This document shows positions 1-7,741 of a stretch of 64,000 nt of DNA, in pieces. The stretch is from an uncultured virus (IMG/VR IMGVR_UViG_3300037067_008364) (lineage: Duplodnaviria; Heunggongvirae; Uroviricota; Caudoviricetes). The DNA is taken from IMG/VR virus record IMGVR_UViG_3300037067_008364, positions 1 through 64,000 of that record. One strand, written 5' to 3'. The first letter of the stretch is position 1. Every line of letters begins with the position of its first letter. The notes under the pieces were generated by a model. The model made no database searches and was not told the origin of the DNA. It worked only from the letters and a program-made list of their open reading frames with translations. The position numbers and the translations under genes are program-made.

Positions 1-46
1 ATCATGCAATCGGCACAGAAACCATGTGTACAGATGATATCCAATA

Positions 47-277
47 TCATGAATTCTGTTTATAAAACCCACAAGGCAATGTATCCCATCTTACTTCTGG
101 ATATATACATTGCATTTCTGGCTTTGTGAATAAACCGGTTATTGGAGATTGAATATTTGATTTATATGATATCCATTGTGGAGGCATAGCAATACAATGA
201 CCATAACCTGAATCTATCATCCTGTAATATTTGCATTTATCACAACAATAATTACTATCTTTAGTAATCAAATCCAT
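47..277 (-). CDS. Cys-rich hypothetical phage protein
   Basis: Likely start MDLITKD next to the upstream stop; CDKCKYY...GHC...P and C-terminal PCG pattern. Confidence 0.6.
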   Translation of the reverse strand: MDLITKDSNYCCDKCKYYRMIDSGYGHCIAMPPQWISYKSNIQSPITGLFTKPEMQCIYPEVRWDTLPCGFYKQNS

Positions 278-278
278 A

Positions 279-530
279 CTATTCTCCCTGTTTGACAAGT
301 TTCTCATACTCCTTAACCTCTTCAGGTGTCGCCAGTCTGAGAGCGCTGATATGTACAGTACAATACCCATTCTTTGGATGCGGATTCTTTGTACAGTTTA
401 TAGTCACGTTCTGTTTGAACCCACATACCCCGTCATTACAGAACTCAATGACCTTGCCTATTGCAGGAGTGCTTGCACAGCAACAGACTACAATATCATT
501 GATACGTATGTATCCATTCGAAGTCTCCAT
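279..530 (-). CDS. hypothetical protein
   Basis: ORF track; tightly packed in a minus-strand operon. Confidence 0.65.
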   Translation of the reverse strand: METSNGYIRINDIVVCCCASTPAIGKVIEFCNDGVCGFKQNVTINCTKNPHPKNGYCTVHISALRLATPEEVKEYEKLVKQGE

Positions 531-533
531 CGT

Positions 534-965
534 TCACGTATACTCCAAATTTTCATCACTAACCATACCGTGAATCACATGCCCTTCTGGGATTTCATGA
601 CCGTATCTGACCTGCTTCTCGTAATTGCGTTGCATTGTATTCCGAATCTTTTCAATTCTCCGGCAGAATTTCTGCATCTTGTCCGACATTGAATTCGGTA
701 CAAAGAATTCTGCATTGATGGTGTCCCAGTTCCCTGTATTTGCTCTTCCACGAGCTATTGTAAGACCGCGTTCCCTGTCGAATGTATCAGCGTGTTCTCC
801 TGATATCTTACACTTACTCCATCCAACACGCTCATGCAGTTTCTTGTCGTCTATTGTCGCCAATAGAACACCGACTTTCTGACCCTTCTTGATCAGTTTT
901 CTCTCGCCTGTTTCGTGGTTGATCTTGTAATGATCACCTTTGCGAATGTACTCATAAATTTCCAT
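534..965 (-). CDS. conserved phage hypothetical protein (GWSxC...DxFDRxxGLxIAxGR motif)
   Basis: AGGAG RBS; motif recurrent in phage proteins. Confidence 0.7.
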   Translation of the reverse strand: MEIYEYIRKGDHYKINHETGERKLIKKGQKVGVLLATIDDKKLHERVGWSKCKISGEHADTFDRERGLTIARGRANTGNWDTINAEFFVPNSMSDKMQKFCRRIEKIRNTMQRNYEKQVRYGHEIPEGHVIHGMVSDENLEYT

Positions 966-1150
966 TGTGTTCTCCTTTTGATTTTACATTGTGTAATTGT
1001 GCTATTAATTATACTACGCTATTTATATAATCTATTGTGTGGAGTATCAGATATATTGAAACGATATCAATGACGAATAACAGTACAATGATAACTGCTA
1101 TTGCTATTATTATTTTCATCCATAGTTTCATTTCAATACCCTATATACTA

Positions 1151-1224
1151 GCCCGGCACGACAAGGTGAACAATGTGGAGCGGAGCGACCATTGTGAACC
1201 GCTGTCTGCTCTCCCGTGCCGGGC
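1151..1224. repeat. GC-rich intergenic hairpin element with apex TGGAGCGGAGCGACCA (copy 1)
   Basis: GCCCGGCACG/CGTGCCGGGC arms, inner ACAATG/CATTGT; apex shared with 34340-34416. Confidence 0.7.
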
Positions 1225-1255
1225 GGTGGACAGATGATCGCTCACACTCCGTTAT

Positions 1256-1522
1256 TTACATAACACCATCAGTTACCATCTCGATTATTTTATTCGCTCT
1301 GCCACCATGTTTCAACATCCTGAGAAGTTCTTTTCCACAGAACGGGCATACCCTTCTACGCTTGGGTACATACATCAACCTTGTGAGTATAGTAGGTATC
1401 TCTGCGAAACACGCGTTACAAAAATATTTCCGCGTCATGCGCGTTGACATATGTTCAGATGCATTACGTCCACGCCTTCTTGTTTTCTTAATCATTACTG
1501 GTTTCATTATATTCTCCATCAA
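1256..1522 (-). CDS. zinc-ribbon protein
   Basis: CNAC...CPFC. Confidence 0.65.
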   Translation of the reverse strand: MMENIMKPVMIKKTRRRGRNASEHMSTRMTRKYFCNACFAEIPTILTRLMYVPKRRRVCPFCGKELLRMLKHGGRANKIIEMVTDGVM

Positions 1523-1739
1523 TGAATGTATTCAGATTAAATCCGCACCATGTACATATACCAGTTGTTACATTTAAAGCGTAATTCTCTCTGTTACATA
1601 CAGGACATTTAATCAATCCAATTGTACTACGAATCTTACCGATATAACCAAGTCCATTAATTACATTTTTATCATCGTCATGGAATATCACATTATGATG
1701 ATCATAGTGTTCGTCTGTTTTGCGTATCTGATATTTCAT
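1488..1739 (-). CDS. zinc-ribbon protein
   Basis: CPVC...CTWC. Confidence 0.65.
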   Translation of the reverse strand: MKYQIRKTDEHYDHHNVIFHDDDKNVINGLGYIGKIRSTIGLIKCPVCNRENYALNVTTGICTWCGFNLNTFIDGEYNETSND

Positions 1740-1758
1740 GTTGTGCTACCTTATACCC

Positions 1759-2037
1759 TTATTGTTTAATCGTATACTTTTCTTTTAATTGCCTTACTGT
1801 ATCATAAAATTTATCTGAATACAATTGCATCTTTGGGTCATGCATGTCTGATATATTATCTATTTCCACGTCAACATGATCAAAACTGAACACTACAGTT
1901 ACATCGTCAATGTTCTCATAGAACTTCCTTGACAGTTCTTCGTACAGTTCACTTGCGTTTCCTACACCGCAGTTAACTGTATATGTTTTTCTGTATCGTA
2001 TATCCACATCGTACCTTTTGGTATCCATTGTTATCAC
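1759..2037 (-). CDS. hypothetical protein
   Basis: ORF track, operon packing. Confidence 0.6.
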   Translation of the reverse strand: MITMDTKRYDVDIRYRKTYTVNCGVGNASELYEELSRKFYENIDDVTVVFSFDHVDVEIDNISDMHDPKMQLYSDKFYDTVRQLKEKYTIKQ

Positions 2038-2058
2038 CAGCTTAATATAATATTATTC

Positions 2059-2265
2059 TTATTGTTTCTTCTGTTTATCAACTGCGTGTGCGGATGTCAT
2101 TCCAGCAATCAAAAAAAGTTCTTCTTTAGATAATTCTGGATGATCTGTAGCAAAGTCAGCAAAAGAAAATAATACATGAAAGATTGACTCTCCATCAATA
2201 GCACTATCTTTGACAAGCCTATCGTATAATTCTTTTGCAATAGCAACATAGTCATCAAGTGTCAT
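2059..2265 (-). CDS. hypothetical protein
   Basis: AGGAG RBS. Confidence 0.6.
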   Translation of the reverse strand: MTLDDYVAIAKELYDRLVKDSAIDGESIFHVLFSFADFATDHPELSKEELFLIAGMTSAHAVDKQKKQ

Positions 2266-2280
2266 ATCTTGTTCTCCTTA

Positions 2281-2523
2281 TCATATATGAAATGTATTTA
2301 TTATAGACAACATAACTTTATTATATAACTCCATATCATATTTCCCAAGATTAATATTTATTTCTAAAAAAGTAGTGAAATATATACTAATTTCAAGATT
2401 ATAAAGTTCATTCTCAAATTTACATTTGATAAAATTATATATTTCTTTAAGCAAATTATAATCTTCATTGGTTTCCCATTGTAATTCTATCGTAATAACT
2501 TTTCTTTCATTTATAGATATCAT
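2281..2523 (-). CDS. hypothetical protein
   Basis: ORF track, AGGT RBS. Confidence 0.55.
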   Translation of the reverse strand: MISINERKVITIELQWETNEDYNLLKEIYNFIKCKFENELYNLEISIYFTTFLEININLGKYDMELYNKVMLSIINTFHI

Positions 2524-2615
2524 GTAATATACCTTTAATTAGTGGGGGACACCCTTCCCTTGATGCCCCCCGATCACATAGTCTTGTTTACCATCAAGAT
2601 TTCAAGTCCTGATAT

Positions 2616-2689
2616 TAGACAAGTGCATGGGAATTGAACCCACAACAGATGGCGTAGAAGCCATTGCTCAACCATTGAGCTAGCACTTT
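2616..2689 (-). tRNA. atypical/degenerate tRNA with 6-nt anticodon loop TTCTAC (Arg-TCT-derived or CTA amber-like)
   Basis: AAAGTGC TA GCTC-AATGGTT-GAGC A ATGGC-TTCTAC-GCCAT CTGTT GTGGG-TTCAATT-CCCAT GCACTTG; 1:72 mismatch, no CCA. Confidence 0.75.
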
Positions 2690-2744
2690 ACAAGTGGTCT
2701 TTCAAGCCAGTCTTTCACCGAACCATGCATTTCAGTTTTACAGT

Positions 2745-2827
2745 AACATTGCGGATTACCATTGATCCGATTCAGCCATGTATTTTTTTGGGGGCTGAAG
2801 CAGGATTCGAACCTGCATTTCAATGTT
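2745..2827 (-). ncRNA. circularly permuted tRNA-like gene (3' half precedes 5' half)
   Basis: 3' half AACATTG AAAT GCAGG-TTCGAAT-CCTGC TTCAGCC C CCA; 11-nt linker; 5' half GGCTGAA TC GGAT-CAATGGTA-ATCC G CAATGTT. Confidence 0.7.
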
Positions 2828-2981
2828 GTTTTAGAATACATACCCGGCTACTTGATTCCGACATCAACCAATAAACTTGTTGGGCAATACACCAACACTA
2901 AGTCGACCATTGTTACGAACACAAGGTTCTTATGGTCATTTAACACTGATACTAGCGATAAGTTTAGCCCATTGTTACTAT

Positions 2982-3227
2982 TTATTCTATAGTTAATTCA
3001 TAATACGCCATAGCACAAGCAGCCAATAGTTCTCCTGAACTTAAAATACTTTTGCTATTTGTAATCTTTTCTGATATTACAGTCAATAACAAACATATCT
3101 TTTTAAAATCTGATATGTCAATATGACAAGATGTAATATGTTCTTTGATCAAATCGCATGCAATCCGAACATCTGGGTTGTCACGCATAATATTATCAAT
3201 AATACCTTTCGCTTTTTCTGTTCTCAT
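2982..3227 (-). CDS. hypothetical protein
   Basis: Start overlaps the upstream stop (TAATG). Confidence 0.6.
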   Translation of the reverse strand: MRTEKAKGIIDNIMRDNPDVRIACDLIKEHITSCHIDISDFKKICLLLTVISEKITNSKSILSSGELLAACAMAYYELTIE

Positions 3228-3451
3228 TATTTCATTCCAGATATAAATTTGTTGACAGTCTTCCGCACATCGGCATGTTTGATATCAGCGACAACAATCC
3301 CGCCGAGATTATCACTGTACTTTTTGATGTGCCTGATAATCTTGCGAGCCTTGTTCTTGACCTGTCGATTCTCCGCATCATACCGAAGTTTGGATGGGGC
3401 TTTCAGGTTGCGTCCTTTTTTCTTTGAATTTTTTCCTTGACCACCAGCCAT
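3227..3451 (-). CDS. small basic protein
   Basis: AGGAG RBS before MAGGQGK; the longer ORF-track start runs through the tRNA. Confidence 0.7.
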   Translation of the reverse strand: MAGGQGKNSKKKGRNLKAPSKLRYDAENRQVKNKARKIIRHIKKYSDNLGGIVVADIKHADVRKTVNKFISGMK

Positions 3452-3468
3452 AGTATTTATCTCCTTTT

Positions 3469-3544
3469 TGGTAGCGGGAGTCGGATTCGAACCGACAATC
3501 TCTTGGTTATGAGCCAAGCATCTTAACCATTAGAATATCCCGCA
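3469..3544 (-). tRNA. tRNA-Met(CAT), initiator-like
   Basis: Cloverleaf with CTTGG-CTCATAA-CCAAG, GTCGG-TTCGAAT-CCGAC, 1:72 mismatch, encoded ACCA. Confidence 0.92.
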
Positions 3545-3560
3545 ATCCCGCCACCGTATA

Positions 3561-4328
3561 TTACTTTCCTTCCTTCTTTTCTCCGCTGATGAACCTGCAT
3601 ATCGCATTTCCGATTGATGCTGGTTTCACTTCAGTACAGTTGGCTCTCATACGAGCCTTCTTTGTTGCCTGAATCAATTTATCCACACGCTCAAGCAACT
3701 CTGCTTTCTTGGCAGGAGAAATCAATCCGCTCCATGAATCGGTAATGTACTTACCAACGTTTGTGTTGACATTCCATTTCTCTATCTGTGCAGGATGTTC
3801 CTTGGTAGCATCATAGAGAACCTTGTGCATGAATGTCTTTTCTGTTTTGAACGTGGTCTCAGGTTCGACACGTTTGTATATGTGCTCACCTTTCGACGGG
3901 TCTTTTTCCCATTTGATTCCCGGGGGAAGAGTACCAACTGTTAGGATCATATCCTTGATTCGTTTCATCTTCTCTTCAAGACCGAGAAGGAATGTTGCCG
4001 GAAGGTCTTTCGCTATTACAACACCGTCAATTTCGAGGTCTGCGACAGCTTCCTGATTTGTCTTCTCTTTCTGGAGTACAACATCAATGTACCCGGAGAA
4101 TTGCTGACCCACCCAGTCGAGTTTGTCGTATACAGTAGTGTCTATCTCTTTGATATCCACAGTACCGGACTTTGCGTTCTCTTCCTCATCGAAATACTCA
4201 AGGCGTTTCTGGAATCCGAAGAAGTGCTCACTGCGTTTAGTGAATGTTACTTTGGCTTCATCCACCACAGCCTTGAAGACGTTGGCTTTGTCGGCTTCTA
4301 CTGCAAGAAGTTCATGTAGCTTACCCAT
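3561..4328 (-). CDS. conserved phage/bacterial hypothetical protein (MGKLHELLAVE... family)
   Basis: 255 aa, CAGGAG RBS, motifs PATFLLGLE and ATKEHPAQ. Confidence 0.8.
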   Translation of the reverse strand: MGKLHELLAVEADKANVFKAVVDEAKVTFTKRSEHFFGFQKRLEYFDEEENAKSGTVDIKEIDTTVYDKLDWVGQQFSGYIDVVLQKEKTNQEAVADLEIDGVVIAKDLPATFLLGLEEKMKRIKDMILTVGTLPPGIKWEKDPSKGEHIYKRVEPETTFKTEKTFMHKVLYDATKEHPAQIEKWNVNTNVGKYITDSWSGLISPAKKAELLERVDKLIQATKKARMRANCTEVKPASIGNAICRFISGEKKEGK

Positions 4329-4382
4329 ATTGATCTCCTGAGTTTAATTGTGAATTGTAAGAGTTATAAGATTGTTGTTTTT

Positions 4383-4859
4383 TTACTCCGTTGTTTCGTC
4401 ATCCTTCTTGTCATGCTCAGCGTCAACAGGTTCAATATGTTCAGGTTCACGGGATTCAACAGATTCAGGAAGTTCAGCAGCTATAGCAATGGTCTTCCTG
4501 CCCTTCTCAATATCATCCATCCGTTTGATGAACCTTATCATCTGAATCCTCATATCACTGATGCTGTTTCCATCATTGTATAGCTTCTGATACAACCCGA
4601 ACAGTGCTATGGCTATATCATCCATCACTCTTGGAATCATCTCACTTAGGATATCAATAATATCTTGTGCATCCGAACTCTTTGTCGCCTTTTCTACAGA
4701 TGCCTTTACCTTGTTCATTGATTCCTTGGAGCGACGATCTTTGAGCATTGCAGACAGAGCACCGACAGACAGTATATTATCAAATATATGATTAAGATGA
4801 TCATCATCGACAACACTGCTTTTGTCTGATAGACGTTTTTTGAACGCATCCATATCCAT
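4383..4859 (-). CDS. hypothetical protein
   Basis: 158 aa ORF. Confidence 0.7.
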   Translation of the reverse strand: MDMDAFKKRLSDKSSVVDDDHLNHIFDNILSVGALSAMLKDRRSKESMNKVKASVEKATKSSDAQDIIDILSEMIPRVMDDIAIALFGLYQKLYNDGNSISDMRIQMIRFIKRMDDIEKGRKTIAIAAELPESVESREPEHIEPVDAEHDKKDDETTE

Positions 4860-4865
4860 AATATA

Positions 4866-5276
4866 TTATTCTCCTTTTTCTTTATCAACGAGATATCTAT
4901 GCATAAGAAGAATCATAGATGCCATTGATGCGATGATACAGACAAGTTTGGACTTATCAATTTCTTTGCCAGCTATCTCATCTTCTATCAATTTCTGAGC
5001 ATATTCTCCTATTGAACTGGCTATCATAAGTGAAAATCCACTCCCCAAATTACCATCAAAATCAGTCATTGTATTGATGAGTTCTTCAGGCATACCATCA
5101 TCCTGCATTTGTTTCCTCAGTTCTTCAACTGTTTTCGGTCTTTCCTTACCACTCTTTTTACCACTGCACATACCAACTATCGGACGGCTAAAATCATGCT
5201 CATTGCCTTTAAATATTTTGGCAAAGAACTCTTTGTTTTTCTTATCATTATCCATATTATCCATATTGTTCTCCAT
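4866..5276 (-). CDS. hypothetical protein
   Basis: 136 aa ORF directly downstream of a promoter. Confidence 0.7.
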   Translation of the reverse strand: MENNMDNMDNDKKNKEFFAKIFKGNEHDFSRPIVGMCSGKKSGKERPKTVEELRKQMQDDGMPEELINTMTDFDGNLGSGFSLMIASSIGEYAQKLIEDEIAGKEIDKSKLVCIIASMASMILLMHRYLVDKEKGE

Positions 5277-5308
5277 ACTTTAACAGGGGGCGCGACCGCA
5301 CGTTACGC

Positions 5309-5337
5309 AATATACAAAAAAACGTGCGAAAAGTCAA
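5309..5337 (-). promoter_or_regulatory. sigma70-type promoter TTGACT-N17-TATATT
   Basis: Exact spacing; intergenic. Confidence 0.75.
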
Positions 5338-5346
5338 GCAAAAAAA

Positions 5347-5375
5347 CGTAAAACGTTGCGCGACAAAAAGTTGCG
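5347..5375. promoter_or_regulatory. 29-bp imperfect palindrome, putative operator
   Basis: CGTAAAACGTTG-CGCGA-CAAAAAGTTGCG; related copies at 19465 and 35716. Confidence 0.6.
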
Positions 5376-5397
5376 TGCGCTCAGGTACTTTTTATAT

Positions 5398-6240
5398 TTA
5401 TACACGCGCCTCTTCAGCTTCGAGCTTATATCTCTTGTCGTCTTCCGCTACCTTATTCAGTATCCTCTGAACCTCTTCCTTGGCTTTGTCTATTGTTGCA
5501 AACTTGTCTGCTTCAGCTCCCGGTTTCATTGCAGGAAAATGAATACAATCCTTTGGAAGCTCCGGATGATAATTTTGGTTTACAGAACCATATCCACCAC
5601 AATTAGATCTATTAAAAACCCTTTCATCAAGTGAAAACATGATACGCCTAAGGAATGATTGGTTTGCAACATAGAAAGCCATGCTGTCGTGAGAGAAATC
5701 ATTATCCGTGTCGATATGGAAGTATGCTTCGATATGTTTAGACCCAACTACATCTTCTGCAAACTCATATACAACAAGGTCAACTCTATGTGTCATAAGT
5801 AATCTCTCAACAAGAGCCATAATTGCTGCACCACGGTTATATATATTATCCTGAGATATACTATACACTACAGATGCGCCAGTATATACAGGGATAATAC
5901 GCTTAAATCCTTCAGCTGGTATCACCTTTGCAAAGCATTCAGGTATTCCGGCAAGGTATGACCCTATATCAAGATAGTCACCTTCGGTGTCCATAAGAAT
6001 ACCCATACCATCAACTTCATCAAGCTTTGCGTTTATCTTGTCCATTGCATACTTCATCTTTGTTATTCCTTCGTGCCACCCATACTTCAACATAGTTATA
6101 GCTTCATCCCATGAATACTTACAGAAATCATGGTTACTATATTCACGTGAATGATGTGATTCAGGTGTATCTTTCACGAAGTCATACAGTTCCTTGACAG
6201 TATACATATGAATTTCTTGTCCGCCACTTTTTACAGCCAT
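5398..6240 (-). CDS. VWA-like partner protein of MoxR-type ATPase
   Basis: Adjacent to the AAA gene; D(I)GSYLAGIPEC, RGAAIMALV, FLRRI and GGYG motifs typical of this phage pair. Confidence 0.65.
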   Translation of the reverse strand: MAVKSGGQEIHMYTVKELYDFVKDTPESHHSREYSNHDFCKYSWDEAITMLKYGWHEGITKMKYAMDKINAKLDEVDGMGILMDTEGDYLDIGSYLAGIPECFAKVIPAEGFKRIIPVYTGASVVYSISQDNIYNRGAAIMALVERLLMTHRVDLVVYEFAEDVVGSKHIEAYFHIDTDNDFSHDSMAFYVANQSFLRRIMFSLDERVFNRSNCGGYGSVNQNYHPELPKDCIHFPAMKPGAEADKFATIDKAKEEVQRILNKVAEDDKRYKLEAEEARV

Positions 6241-6259
6241 ATGTACTTTCCTTTGTAAT

Positions 6260-7663
6260 TTATTTTACCTGCTCTTCAACCTTATCCTTAACATCTTTTG
6301 ATACCCCACGGTATATAAGCATATCTTTGAGTGCGTTCTCATCCTTGAAACCATTGGAGAGCAGTACACCACCACGGATAATGGCACGAGTTGATACGAT
6401 AACATTCTCTCCAAGTTTGTATACCGCTGCCCGGATACGCTGTACCTTACGACACCAATCTTTATTGGGGGCAAGATCATATTCAAGATTCTCATCGTAG
6501 TCGAAATTGAACACGACGAACCTGTCAAGAGTAGCACCGTCAATCGGATTACGTCCAACATATTTACGGTCAGCACCACGACCATATGTATTACCTGCGC
6601 ACATGAATACAAAATCTTCATGACGTTTGATGATCTGGTCAGGAAATGAACCTACATTATTGGACAATAGTGCATTGATAACAGTAAGCACATTAGGATT
6701 GCCAGCATCAATTTCATCAAGCAGGAACAACCCACCATTTTCATATGCCTTTCGAAGATGAGACGGAACATACTGCCCATGAGCATCAAGATATCCCATG
6801 AGGTCTGACTTTGTGGTCTGTAACCCGACAGAAGTAAAATAGAATTTCAATCCGAGACCTTTGGCTACCGAATCACCAACAAATGTTTTACCTGATCCAC
6901 TCGGCCCGACAAGAAATGTATCAAGCCTCATTTGTGCAAGCCTGAGAATGGTATCAAAATCCCTGTGCTGTTTACCAAGTTCAACCTCATAGTTCTTCAC
7001 TTCATCACAGATTTTAATAATCTTTACACGGCTTAATGCCTCAATCTTTGTGTCGATAAGATCATTTAATTCAGGACGCGTAATGGGATTCAACTTATCA
7101 GTGAGTACACTTGCAAGAGAACCGGAAAATATTTCGGCAAGCATTCTCATCATTGCAGGAGACATGTTCCCTCCTGCTCCTGCACCATCATTACCATGCT
7201 GTTTGGCAAGTTCATCTAACATGCCATCGGATAACCGTATAGTTTCCTGTTCTTCGAATGCCCCGGTAAGTTTGTCATACAGCACAGCGATAAGCTGATC
7301 TTTTGTCTTTGATTTATATGTTCCCTTTTCTGATTCTTCATGGTCAACCTCATTGAGAACATTGAGCAAATCCTCTTTTACCATCTTCCCGATCATATCA
7401 GCAGGGATACCGTTATTGCTTTTAATATAACTCTCAAGAGTCACAACCTTATACATCACGTTCCCTATCCACCCCATAGGAACCTGTATATCAGAAGGAT
7501 TACCGGACTCATCGAGTTCAAACGCTAGATCGTCTTCACATATTTCCTTATAGTCTGTGATGATCCATGTATACTGCCTTCCTGTTTGAAGATGTTTGTA
7601 TTTTGCACCTGTAAATTCAAGATTCTGGCAGAATATTGAACCGATCTGATATTTTCTACTCAT
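6260..7663 (-). CDS. MoxR/CobS-like AAA+ ATPase
   Basis: Walker A GPSGSGKT, Walker B LLDEID, GNT...GRN..D.ATLDRF, STR. Confidence 0.9.
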   Translation of the reverse strand: MSRKYQIGSIFCQNLEFTGAKYKHLQTGRQYTWIITDYKEICEDDLAFELDESGNPSDIQVPMGWIGNVMYKVVTLESYIKSNNGIPADMIGKMVKEDLLNVLNEVDHEESEKGTYKSKTKDQLIAVLYDKLTGAFEEQETIRLSDGMLDELAKQHGNDGAGAGGNMSPAMMRMLAEIFSGSLASVLTDKLNPITRPELNDLIDTKIEALSRVKIIKICDEVKNYEVELGKQHRDFDTILRLAQMRLDTFLVGPSGSGKTFVGDSVAKGLGLKFYFTSVGLQTTKSDLMGYLDAHGQYVPSHLRKAYENGGLFLLDEIDAGNPNVLTVINALLSNNVGSFPDQIIKRHEDFVFMCAGNTYGRGADRKYVGRNPIDGATLDRFVVFNFDYDENLEYDLAPNKDWCRKVQRIRAAVYKLGENVIVSTRAIIRGGVLLSNGFKDENALKDMLIYRGVSKDVKDKVEEQVK

Positions 7664-7741
7664 AGCACCATCCTTGCGTTAAATAATTTTATTATTTATT
7701 GTACATCAACACTTATAGTAAATTAATATCTCCTTTAACTG

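Noticed and set aside
2690..2970. tmRNA (the + strand GGGGCTGA...GGATTCGA resembles an ssrA 5' end, and the permuted layout resembles two-piece tmRNA)
   Set aside because: No G3:U70 pair, a true D stem is present, and there is no convincing tag frame or pseudoknot. The + strand match is just the complement of the T arm and acceptor.
3452..3517. N-terminal extension of ORF 3227..3517
   Set aside because: It lies inside tRNA-Met; the RBS supports a start at 3451
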